NCBI RefSeq assembly: GCF_902652985.1
Contig: NC_047023.1
Coordinates: 8,866,001 to 8,930,000 of the forward strand
From: Pecten maximus
Lineage: Eukaryota
DNA length: 64,000 bases
Reading direction: 5' to 3'
The position numbers and the translations under genes are program-made. Under the pieces are notes generated by a model. The model saw only the letters and a program-made list of their open reading frames with translations. It did no database searches and was not told the origin of the DNA. Shown here in pieces: positions 12,350 through 23,832 of this stretch. Position 1 is the stretch's first letter. Each line of letters begins with the position of its first letter.

Positions 12350-13840
12350 TACTTGGTCAGCAAGCCGTCATTAGGGAACGGTAGCTTATAGCCACAATGA
12401 CCTATCTAGCTCGGGGATAATAACGTATCTTGTGTTATCCATATATAGAAATGACAGACCTTCAATTTGTTGATCGACTGCTACCATTAGGTCTCTGTCT
12501 GTATACTATTATTGTCATCTGTAACTTACACCCTAATGTATGGGATGGTACCAGACACAGAGCTGCCAAATTAGACTAGATCACTGAAGCTCCAGGATGG
12601 AGAGAATCCGATCAAATCACTGGTGTTTGAAAATGGAGACTTCCTCCGCTGTTTCTGGTTTGAGATATTTTTGCGTGCATGGAGAAAACAAAATTTATTT
12701 TCCATTAACCGAGTGTTAAATCGTGATCTTTGTACGTCTGTTAATGTACATGGGGAACTCCAATAGTAAATTCATTTTAGTCTGATACTTCATTGTATAT
12801 AGATACTTTAATACATCTGGGAAATTGTGTGCAAGTAATTTAGAATAGATATTAAACGACAATATTATTGGAAATGGAAATAATTTGATATATACACTTG
12901 CAGGACTAGACATTTAGACTGCAACTAACAAAAATGTACAATATGTGTATTTGTTGAGTGTAGAACATCTCCCAGAACGTCATATCGGATATATTTTGTT
13001 AATAATTTTCTGTCTGGGTAAAAAAAAAAAAAAAACTGATATTGTTATTATTTCCTAAAAATATTCAATTCAAGCAGAAACATCTGTTGACAAAAACACA
13101 TTTCCAGAACCTACATGGTAAGAATTTAATATTTCTTGGAATCTCTTGAGAAAATGGGTATTCGATAGGCAGGATTGGCATCGTAAATAGTTTAGATAGA
13201 ATCTGACAGTCATGTCAAGCATAATCCATACTTGTGGGGATCATTTTGAGTGTGTAACAGAGTCACAAAGCATCTACAAAAGTGACGACAAATCATTTTT
13301 GATAACATTTCTAGTGATTTAGAAGCTTCGTGATTTGATGTTTTACACGATGTTGCATTACAGATTGAATTGATTGTGTAAAAGAAGCATTTGAAAACTA
13401 GTTGCGTAGTTTTATATTTGTCTGTAGAATTCATTCAATCCTTCCTCAAGTAGATTAGTTCTGAATTGGTGTGTTTCTAAGGCTACCTTAAGATGTAGAA
13501 AACCAAATGTCAAGGATTCAGAAACTCCCCAAGATCAGTCTGGCGGAAATTGTGTTGAGAATGAAATGTCAGGACTTTAGAGGTGTTCTTTAATTGTCTA
13601 CAAGACAATATTGTCTACTTGTATAAAACTTCACGTTTTTTTTTTTTTTTTTGTCAAAGTGCTGAGATGTAACGGCTTGGCAAATGTCTTCCAACATTAA
13701 GAATCTGTCAGACTATCAGTTAATGAGAATGACTTCTACCTGTCTGGGTACACCAGATAATGTTAAGATGTTTTCAGATTAATTAACAAAATCTTACATG
13801 AGTTTGTTCTAGGGACCAGGATATCGGCCGGAGTCAGCAA

Positions 13841-14170
13841 GGTTTGGTTTGGTTTGGTTTATTTTGTTTAACGTCCTATTAACAGCTAAGGTCATTTAAG
13901 GACGGCCTCCCGTGCGTGCGACATGTATGCGTGTGATGAGTGTGTATGTGTGTTTTGGGAGGCTGTGGTATGTTTGTGTTAAGTCTCCTTGTGATAGGCC
14001 GGATCTATTGCCGATTTAGAGTGCTACCTCACTGAAGCATACTGCCGAAGACACCCAGCAGCACACCCCACCCGGTCACATTATACTGACAACGGGCGAA
14101 CCAGTCGTCCCACTCCTAATTTGCTGAGCGCTAAGCAGGAGCAGCAACTACCATTTTTAAAGACTCTGGT
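13841..14170 (-). mobile_element. 5'-truncated SINE with Meta- and Deu/Nin-like domains (bivalve MD-SINE type) and (AAACC)n tail
   Basis: Minus strand contains CCCGTTGTCAGTATAATGTGACCGGGTGGGGTG (Meta core) and GGCAGTATGCTTCAGTGAGGTAGCACT (Deu-like); tail GTCCTTAAATGACCTTAGCTGTTAATAGGACGTTAAACAAAATAAACCAAACC; tRNA head absent. Confidence 0.8.
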
Positions 14171-14883
14171 AACCATTCATAACTATATATTAATTAGGTC
14201 TCTATGAATGCCTTTATTGAGTACACAAAACACACATATATATACTGTATACCAATTGTACATTATATCACTGGTATGCTAGCTATTACAATATTGTTGT
14301 ATTGATCCAACAACCATATCCCTTTCTTATCAATTCGCAAAATGATTTTTTTTTTTTTTTTTTACTGTTTCGTCTGTAAGATAGCACTATGCCAATAGCG
14401 TTTGTAAGATTGAACAAATGTTGATGAATTCTACGCACTTTAATTTTGTGAGATCAAAGCCCCTATTTAACCTCTGTATTTCATTCTTATAGGTAAATGC
14501 ACTCTACCACTGTATTTATATACATGTATATGCTATACTATTTAAAGTGGCTTTACAAAATTAAACACCAACGTACAAATCACGAGATCTTAGGTTTTTA
14601 AAGAACATTGTTAAGACTTCCATAATAGATCTATCACATGGAAACTGATGGAATCTTGAAAACAAACTCATCGATTTGGAGGCATCGCGAGGAGTCCTGC
14701 AGCGCTTCTATGTGTTGTGCTGATGTCAATTTGTTGGATAATTGCTCAATTCTTGTTGGCATATATTTCAGCCAATTCCACTGTGTCGCCAAATGGCATA
14801 AAAATTCTTTTTTTATTTGTGTGGTTTCTAACATTGATCTGACATTTACTGTAGTGGCGTCGGGCCGGATGAATCACCAGCCT

Positions 14884-15194
14884 TACGCAGTAGACCTCCC
14901 CGAAACAGATGCTGCAAGAGGTTCTACACGACAGAGCTCCTTACGTCAAACAGTTCCTGTAAGAGGTTATACATTGTAGAGTTCCTTAAAACAGTTCCTG
15001 TAAGAGGTTTTACACAGTAGAGTTCCTTAAAACAGTTCCTGTAAGAGGTTTTACACAGTAGAGTTCCTTAAAACAGTTCCTGTAAGAGGTTCTACACGGT
15101 AGAGCTCCTTAAAACAGTTCCTGTAAGAGGTTTTACACGGTAGAGCTCCTTAAAACAGTTCCTGTAAGAGGTTCTACACGGTAGAGCTCCTTAA
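14884..15194. repeat. 41-bp satellite, left arm (about 7 copies, outer ones diverged)
   Basis: TTAAAACAGTTCCTGTAAGAGGTTCTACACGGTAGAGCTCC periodicity; cut at TTAA by the piggyBac. Confidence 0.95.
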
Positions 15195-16431
15195 CCCTTT
15201 GCCACATGCAGGTTATAACACTTCAGCACTCTGTGCCAATAGTGCAAAGATACATTGTTGCAATGCAACATTATCGCGCTGACTGAAATGTACATACACC
15301 ATCTCAATGGCAGTTTTTGAGAAATCAAGCTTTGTTTTGATTTATTTTTCTAAACCTAATTTTGAAAGTGAAATAGTTGTTTTAGACATTTTTAGTAAGT
15401 TAGAATTATGTTCAGAATTTCTTAAATTTTAATTCTGTGCTATTTTCTTTATAAAACCAACAACACATAACCACGAAATCAGCTGTATACAAACAGAACA
15501 GACAAATTTCAAAATATTTTGACAATGTAATTTATAATTCATTGAATTCCTGTACATGAAATGATTCAACATTAACTCCCAAATGAAGCAAACTGAATTT
15601 TCAAAGTTTTCACAAGAGTATTTCAACAGTTCAGGCTTAAGCCTAGAATATTTTATATTCGATGTCGCGACGAAGGAATGTGTATCCGACCATTTTGGGT
15701 CAAATCTACCTTCGTTTTTCAAATGCCAGCGAGCGTAGTTATTAGTGTGTCGAGCTATGGTGGAAAACTGATTCTCATTGAAGAAAAGGTAGAAATAATC
15801 AATGGGACTTGCAGTATCAACATCAAAAGTTTCTGGAAGTACTGGCCCCGTTTCCCTAACAAAATCATTTACTGTGATCGGCGAAAAATCTCGGTCAACA
15901 TTACGTAATGGCGGCAGTACAACAAGTCGCCGTTCGTCCTCATTTTCGGACTCGTTATCTGTTGACAGTTCATTTAGAACATCGTTAAGATCAATATCTG
16001 ACTCAATGTATTCAGGTCCAAAGCCATCGAACTCTAAATTATCATCATCGTCGTCAAAAACGTCGCGCAAAATCGTAGCCACAGCCGCCATCACGCCTCG
16101 TTGTTGTCACACTTTTCTCCACTCATGACTCACACTTTCTAGGTTAATTTATTCAAAAACTTTCGTATGAATGACGTGTACAAATCTGATTGGTCGATGC
16201 ATTGATATCTTCTTAAAATAGTATCAGGGATTTCCAGATAGGTGTCAGACTCAATCAGGGGATTTTCCATGTCTAAGTTTACCGAATCGGCATGGCGTCG
16301 AGAGGCGCTTACATTGAGATAACATAGAGGCGTAAAGAAGCGCTTACATGGAGATAATGCAGAGGCATCGAGAAGCGCTTACATGTGGCAAGGGGTAAAG
16401 GCGTCCAGAGGCGCTTACATGTGGCAAAGGG
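15195..16431 (-). mobile_element. Internally deleted (non-autonomous) piggyBac DNA transposon
   Basis: Perfect 14-bp TIRs CCCTTTGCCACATG (15195-15208) and CATGTGGCAAAGGG (16418-16431); TTAA target-site duplication (15191-15194, 16432-16435); transposase fragment inside. Confidence 0.95.
15429..16091 (-). pseudogene. Truncated piggyBac/PGBD-like transposase: N-terminal ~137 aa, then read-through across a deletion junction; DDD catalytic core missing
   Basis: Acidic N-terminus followed by GP...SPIDYFYLFF...I.RHTNNYA...W.DT, the typical start of the DDE_Tnp_1_7 domain; similarity stops at about 15681. Confidence 0.85.
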
Positions 16432-19400
16432 TTAAAACAGTTCCTGTAAGAGGTTCTACACGGTAGAGCTCCTTAAAACAGTTCCTGTAAGAGGTTCTAC
16501 ACGGTAGAGCTCCTTAAAACAGTTCCTGTAAGAGGTTTGACATGGTAGAGCTCCTTAAAACAGTTCCTGTAAGAGGTTTGACACGGTAGAGCTCAATAAA
16601 ACAGTTCCTGTAAGAGTTTCTACATGGTAGAGTTCCTTAAAACAGTTCCTGTAAGAGGTTCTACACAGCAGAGCTCCTTAAAACAGTTCCTGTAAGAGGT
16701 TTGACACGGTAGAGCTCTTAAAACAGTTCCTGTAAGAGGTTTGACATAGTAGAGCTCCTTAAAACAGTTCCTGTAAGAGGTTTGACACGGTAGAGCTCCT
16801 TAAAACAGTTCCTGTAAGAGGTTCTACACGGTAGAGCTCCTTAAAACAGTTCCTGTAAGAGGTTCTACACAGCAGAGCTCCTTAAAACAGTTCCTGTAAG
16901 AGGTTTTACACAGTAGAGTTCCTTAAAACAGTTCCTGTAAGAGGTTCTACACGGTAGAGCTCCTTAAAACAGTTCCTGTAAGAGGTTTTACACAGTAGAG
17001 TTCCTTAAAACAGTTCCTGTAAGAGGTTTGACACGGTAGAGCTCCTTAAAACAGTTCCTGTAAGAGGTTCTACACAGTAGAGCTCCTTAAAACAGTTCCT
17101 GTAAGAGGTTCTACACGGTAGAGCTCCTTAAAACAGTTCCTGTAAGAGGTTCTACACGGTAGAGCTCCTTAAAACAGTTCCTGTAAGAGGTTTGACACGG
17201 TAGAGCTCCTTAAAACAGTTCCTGTAAGAGGTTTTACATGGTAGAGCTCCTTAAAACAGTTCCTGTAAGTGGTTTTACATGGTAGAGCTCTTAAAACAGT
17301 TCCTGTAAGAGGTTTGACATGGTGGAGCTCCTTAAAACAGTTCCTGTATGAGGTTTGACATGGTAGAGCTCCTTAAAACAGTTCCTGTAAGAGGTTCTAC
17401 ACAGCAGAGCTCCTTAAAACAGTTCCTGTAAGAGGTTCTACACGGTAGAGCTCCTTAAAACAGTTCCTGTAAGAGGTTTGACACGGTAGAGCTCCTTAAA
17501 ACAGTTCCTGTAAGAGGTTTTACACAGTAGAGTTCCTTAAAACAGTTCCTGTAAGAGGTTTTACACAGTAGAGTTCCTTAAAACAGTTCCTGTAAGAGGT
17601 TCTACACAGCAGAGCTCCTTAAAACAGTTCCTGTAAGTGGTTTTACATGGTAGAGCTCTTAAAACAGTTCCTGTAAGAGGTTTGACATGGTGGAGCTCCT
17701 TAAAACAGTTCCTGTATGAGGTTTGACATGGTAGAGCTCCTTAAAACAGTTCCTGTAAGAGGTTCTACACAGCAGAGCTCCTTAAAACAGTTTCTGTAAG
17801 AGGTTTGACATGGTAGAGCTCCTTAAAACAGTTCCTGTAAGAGGTTTTACACAGCAGAGCTCCTTAAAACAGTTCCTGTAAGAGGTTCTACACGGTAGAG
17901 CTCCTTAAAACAGTTCCTGTCAGAGGTTTGACATGGTAGAGCTCCTTAAAACAGTTCCTGTAAGAGGTTTGACACGGTAGAGCTCCTTAAAACAGTTCCT
18001 GTAAGAGGTTTTACACGGTAGAGCTCCTTAAAACAGTTCCTGTAAGAGGTTTGACACGGTAGAGCTCCTTAAAACAGTTCCTGTAAGAGGTTCTACACGG
18101 TAGAGCTCCTTAAAACAGTTCCTGTAAGAGGTTCTACACGGCAGAGCTCCTTAAAACAGTTCCTGTAAGAGGTTCTACACGGTAGAGCTCCTTAAAACAG
18201 TTCCTGTAAGAGGTTTTACATGGTAGAGCTCCTTAAAACAGTTCCTGTAAGAGGTTCTACACAGCAGAGCTCCTTAAAACAGTTCCTGTAAGAGGTTCTA
18301 CACGGTAGAGCTCCTTAAAACAGTTCCTGTAAGTGGTTTTACATGGTAGAGCTCTTAAAACAGTTCCTGTAAGAGGTTTGGCATGGTGGAGCTCCTTAAA
18401 ACAGTTCCTGTATGAGGTTTGACATGGTAGAGCTCCTTAAAACAGTTCCTGTAAGAGGTTCTACACAGCAGAGCTCCTTAAAACAGTTCCTGTAAGAGGT
18501 TCTACACGGTAGAGCTCCTTAAAACAGTTCCTGTAAGAGGTTTGACACGGTAGAGCTCCTTAAAACAGTTCCTGTAAGAGGTTCTACACGGTAGAGCTCC
18601 TTAAAACAGTTCCTGTAAGAGGTTCTACACGGTAGAGCTCCTTAAAACAGTTCCTGTAAGAGGTTTTACATGGTAGAGCTCCTTAAAACAGTTCCTGTAA
18701 GAGGTTCTACACAGCAGAGCTCCTTAAAACAGTTCCTGTAAGAGGTTCTACACGGTAGAGCTCCTTAAAACAGTTCCTGTAAGTGGTTTTACATGGTAGA
18801 GCTCTTAAAACAGTTCCTGTAAGAGGTTTGACATGGTGGAGCTCCTTAAAACAGTTCCTGTATGAGGTTTGACATGGTAGAGCTCCTTAAAACAGTTCCT
18901 GTAAGAGGTTCTACACAGCAGAGCTCCTTAAAACAGTTCCTGTAAGAGGTTCTACACGGTAGAGCTCCTTAAAACAGTTCCTGTAAGAGGTTTGACACGG
19001 TAGAGCTCCTTAAAACAGTTCCTGTAAGAGGTTCTACACGGTAGAGCTCCTTAAAACAGTTCCTGTAAGAGGTTCTACACAGCAGAGCTCCTTAAAACAG
19101 TTCCTGTAAGAGGTTCTACACGGTAGAGCTCCTTAAAACAGTTCCTGTAAGAGGTTTTACATGGTAGAGCTCCTTAAAACAGTTCCTGTAAGAGGTTCTA
19201 CACAGCAGAGCTCCTTAAAACAGTTCCTGTAAGAGGTTCTACACGGTAGAGCTCCTTAAAACAGTTCCTGTAAGTGGTTTTACATGGTAGAGCTCTTAAA
19301 ACAGTTCCTGTAAGAGGTTTGACATGGTGGAGCTCCTTAAAACAGTTCCTGTATGAGGTTTGACATAGTAGAGCTCCTTAAAACAGTTCCTGTAAGAGGT

Positions 19401-20012
19401 TTGACACGGTAGAGCTCTTAAAACAGTTCCTGTAAGAGGTTTTACACGGTAGAGCTCCTTAAAACAGTTCCTGTAAGAGGTTTTACATGGTAGAGCTCCT
19501 TAAAACAGTTCCTGTAAGAGGTTTGACATGGTAGAGTTCCTTAAAACAGTTCCTGTATGAGGTTCTACATGGTAGAGCTCCTTAAAACAGTTCCTGTAAG
19601 AGGTTTGACACGGTAGAGCTCAATAAAACAGTTCCTGTAAGAGTTTCTACATGGTAGAGTTCCTTAAAACAGTTCCTGTAAGAGGTTCTACACAGCAGAG
19701 CTCCTTAAAACAGTTCCTGTAAGAGGTTTTACATGGTAGAGCTCTTAAAACAGTTCCTGTAAGAGGTTTGACATGGTAGAGCTCCTTAAAACAGTTCCTG
19801 TAAGAGGTTTGACATGGTAGAGCTCCTTAAAACAGTTCCTGTAAGAGGTTTGACACGGTAGAGCTCCTTAAAACAGTTCCTGTAAGAGGTTCTACACAGT
19901 AGAGCTCCTTAAAACAGTTCCTGTAAGAGGTTTGACACGGTAGAGCTCCTTAAAACAGTTCCTGTAAGAGGTTCTACACAGCAGAGCTCTTTTAGAAACA
20001 GTTTCTGTAAGA
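16432..20012. repeat. 41-bp satellite, right arm (about 87 copies)
   Basis: Homogeneous tandem array; every unit carries TTAA and most carry GAGCTC. Confidence 0.98.
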
Positions 20013-20264
20013 CATTCAATGTTATCAAGTGTAAGTTGTGGGCTTCAGAACATATTGGAATCATGATTGTCTTTTCTGTCTCCAAACACCTAGAAAAGAT
20101 GAACTCCCAACAATGTGATGCTATAGACTTTGTGATTTTCCTGTACAAAGTTATGAATCTATCATAGTCCTTAGATTTATTTTTCCCATTTGATTGTAAT
20201 TTAGAAAAATATAGTCAAGTACATTTTTCTGATTAGTACTGATTGTTTTTTAGAAAGTGTTATA

Positions 20265-20692
20265 AGCTTACCTGGTCCAAAGGACTGATGTCTTAATGCC
20301 ATGCCGTGGTGTCCAGCGTCCGTCCATCTGTCAGTCTGTCATACGCATCCATTAACTTTTCCTTTAAATCGCTACTTATCACAGAGGGGCAAATTAATTT
20401 TGACCAAAGTCAGATGCATCCTTAGGAGAAAGGGTCAAGTTTTGATTAAATCGTGACTCTGGCCCCCATGAGTAGGGTCCCAAAAATGGAAATAGGGGTG
20501 AGTCCTACTGGTCATAAAGGACAGAATGGATTTTTAAATGTATATATGCATGGTTTGATGAGTTTTGACTTCCTTTCATGGTACTGCATAATACTCACTG
20601 AGAGGCAGAATGGAAAAATGTGAAACATGTATATGATATTATATTACCAATGGTTTCTGAAACATCCAGATGACAGATTTAGGTCCCTTGTT
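20265..20692 (+). mobile_element. Degenerate HINE/Helentron-type element
   Basis: 5' agcttacctggtccaaaggac...atgccatgccgtggtgtcc plus a (CGTC/CTGT) microsatellite like 49439-49530; 3' ccagatgacagatttaggtcccttgtt. Confidence 0.7.
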
Positions 20693-21458
20693 TTAATCTC
20701 GATATATCTGAATTATATGGATGCAATATTGATTAGTTTTCACACTAGAATAATTTGCGAAGATTAAAGAGTACTCAGTCAGTTAAGAGTGTACAATGCT
20801 TTATGCATAAACCTTCTTATATAGAGGAAGCAAGTTGTTGCTGAAGGTCAAAGTGTGAAGGTCATACTACAAACTAGCAAACATTTTCACAAAAAATTAG
20901 TTACTGTCTTCTTTGGCTTCACCATCTTTGTATACTTTTTCTCAATCTCAACATGTCTGTGTCATTTTCAACCAATTCAATTATTAAGATTTATTTCATG
21001 TATAGTCAAGTCTGATTTTCTGCAATTTAATTCTGAGCATTTACTTCATCATGGCTTGCCATATAGAAAAGCCATTGCTAAAAATAATCCATTTATCGTT
21101 TGAAATGAACTTTTTATAAGATTTTTCTATCGTTCCTTTTGCGAATTATTGATCAGATAAAGCTATTAGAATTAATGGGAGAAAAAATTCCTGAGAAAGT
21201 GCAGAGAGTATTGAATATAATTTTTCTGATTGTTGCCTGTCAAAACAGAAAGACATCAAATTCCTGGAATAGGGTTCAACATCTTGGTGGTAACTGTCTG
21301 TCCTAGATATTTAGAGTAAGGAGAATTCATTATCTTTATTAGAAATGTTTTAACATTATGTCATTTGTCAGCAAAAAATATAGCATTAGAAAAACATTTT
21401 TCATCTATCTTACTAGCATAATTGTTAAAAGAGACGAGGTTTTGCCAAAGAAAATTAA

Positions 21459-21567
21459 ATAATGACTCCCACATCGGTTGCCTCTTATTCATAAAACAGC
21501 AAGTGTATTATGATGTATAATGACTCCCACATCGGTTGCCTCTTATACATAAAACAGCAGGTGTAAT
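21459..21567. repeat. Two-copy direct duplication, 58-bp period
   Basis: taatgactcccacatcggttgcctcttat-cataaaacagca-gtgta present twice. Confidence 0.9.
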
Positions 21568-23759
21568 TGTTATATTCTTATTCCTTTACTTGTAGGGATG
21601 ACCTTGTTTCTTTAAACCAGCACATCTTTAAAACATCTCATTTTTTATTTTAAAAACTTATTAAATTTTGAAACTGCCTGTATGAAAAAAAAACAAAAAC
21701 AAAATGTAAATATTCTGAGTCTCCATCAAAAATGGGTTTGACAATTATGGATTATTTTAGCCACATACCTGATTGGTGTAATACCAAAACTCTTTAAGTT
21801 TTAGTGCCATCAATAAGATACATGTTGAGTCTCGGTTCTAAACCGGTATAGTATCCTATACCCAGTTACCCTAGCAACATAAGAAATTGACCCAGCATGA
21901 TCACGGCAGTTTGACTGGTCAGTCACACAAAATAAATGGTGAATGTTGACAATCTTAGAAAAAGTCAGGTATTTAAAACCTGTACTTCGAGGAAAAATTA
22001 ATATTTTTTTGGAGTTGTCAATGAACTTATCATGGTGACAAAGCAGCAGGTGAGATACAGATGATTCATGTTGATCGATCAATATATTTTCCATATTCAG
22101 AACTCAATATGACTGATTTTGCAAAAAAAAAAAAAAAAAATTGTTTTAAAGAATGCCATGAATTCGCATGTAAATTATGTATATCAAACTATTTTGAGAC
22201 TATACTGCAGTGATGGCTTTCAATGAATCATTTTGAAAAATCCATGTTTGATTCATTAATGCAGTGGATTCGGAAATGCATGCATTTCAATGTGAGGTTT
22301 ATCTGTGAACTGTCCTCCAGCCCGAGCCAACTAAACCCTGCTGGATCAGGCTGCAGTCCTTTTGAACATGATCTATTTTCATTATTCCTGTCCGGAAAAC
22401 TTTGATGACCTGTCTGGGTTATCACGCCAATAATTTATCGGCGTTAAAATAGCCACATTACTCATCCGACATTCGGTTAAATAATTAAAACAGATTAGAA
22501 GGCAAATATTAGTCATAGCAGAAACTTAATGCGAGCTTGCAACACAAATCAATGGCTGATTGGGAGCCGTTGGGATGGACAATGGTTTGACGCTTATTGG
22601 ACTTTTGTGTGGTCACAGGACCAATGCCAACGAAAAAGCAAGGATCATTAACATCGATGAATAGTTACGGAATACAAACAGAAAAATGACAAAACCATGA
22701 GAATGGTTGACCTCAAATGTGATTCAGATATTGATCATTTTAATTTTTAAAGATGAACAGACCTTTTTTATGGAAAATTCATGACATTGGATTTAAGTGC
22801 ATGACTAATGCTTGTGAAGTGTTTGCAATTCAAGCTTCAAAACTGACTCTTTGATATAAAATTTCATGATACAGTTTTTTTTTAAAAGAAGAGCAATTAT
22901 TTTTGGTTTGTCAAGTGAAATAAATCTTTAACAGTATCTTTTCTTGATATTTATTGAATAAAGCAGAATTCTAGATAATTAACTTCATGGTTACTGTAAA
23001 TCTTTAACAGGATACATATTTGCATGTTAAGTGCCTCTACAGGTGATGTGTGCACTTTTCATCATAGGTATCCCATGATCCTGACGTTTACTGACAGAAT
23101 GGTACGATTGGTACAGGGAATCTCGTTTCAGCAGAAAAGCATGCATTGGTTTGTTTATTAAATGCAGAGAAGATTCACTCTCAATTCATGATGGCTTTTC
23201 ACTTTGAACCTTTACGATGACTCTGTATAAGTTGTAGATTTTGCCAAATGTTTTTCTTTGTTTTTTTTTTTCGGCAGCAACCCGCATTCTGATTGAGTTC
23301 GGGTTTCTGATATACCGCTTTGATTGCCGGAGTCTGCCATTCTTCAAAGCAAACGTGTTTTGCGTATTTGTGCATGACATATTTTCCGTGGCTTATTTAC
23401 ATATAGAGAGTGGAGCACTGCATTAAAGATTCCCTGTACTCAGTGGGTAATTTCCTGGTTTTAATTGCAATTAAGAAGAACTACGGTATTGGTTCTCATA
23501 TATCATCATTAGGGTATATTTCTATCATACAGCCTAATATTTTTGTAATTTTGTCATAATTTAATTTTGCTTGTAACAAGCATTTTCATTGGCTCAAAAA
23601 ATTATGTTATCATCTCATAACATAAATAATGACTGTGACGTCAGCGGAGTAATCATTGTTCACGGGATTTTGTATTTATCAATGTGTTTTTAAATATCTG
23701 GAGCAAAATAAACATGTTAAACTTAATGAAAATGTTTCTTAGCGTTGTTAATTAAATTA

Positions 23760-23832
23760 TAAGGGTTACCTGTAATATTTTTTTGGTGTTATTGCTCAAT
23801 AACGTAAAAAAAAATATTACAGTTAACCCTTA
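23760..23832. repeat. ~35-bp-arm inverted repeat (long hairpin), probably the end of a non-autonomous DNA element starting near 23535
   Basis: taagggttacctgtaatatttttttggtgttattg-ct-caataacgtaaaaaaaaatattacagttaaccctta. Confidence 0.75.

Noticed and set aside
14634-14979. ORFs 14638-14979 (+) and 14634-14834 (-)
   Set aside because: No recognisable protein motif; the + ORF runs into the satellite; no convincing splice sites
15678-16128. + strand ORFs 15678-15908 and 15802-16128
   Set aside because: Antisense shadows of the piggyBac transposase fragment
14884-20012. CRISPR-like appearance of the palindromic 41-bp repeat
   Set aside because: Monomers are head-to-tail with no unique spacers, there are no cas genes, and the context is eukaryotic
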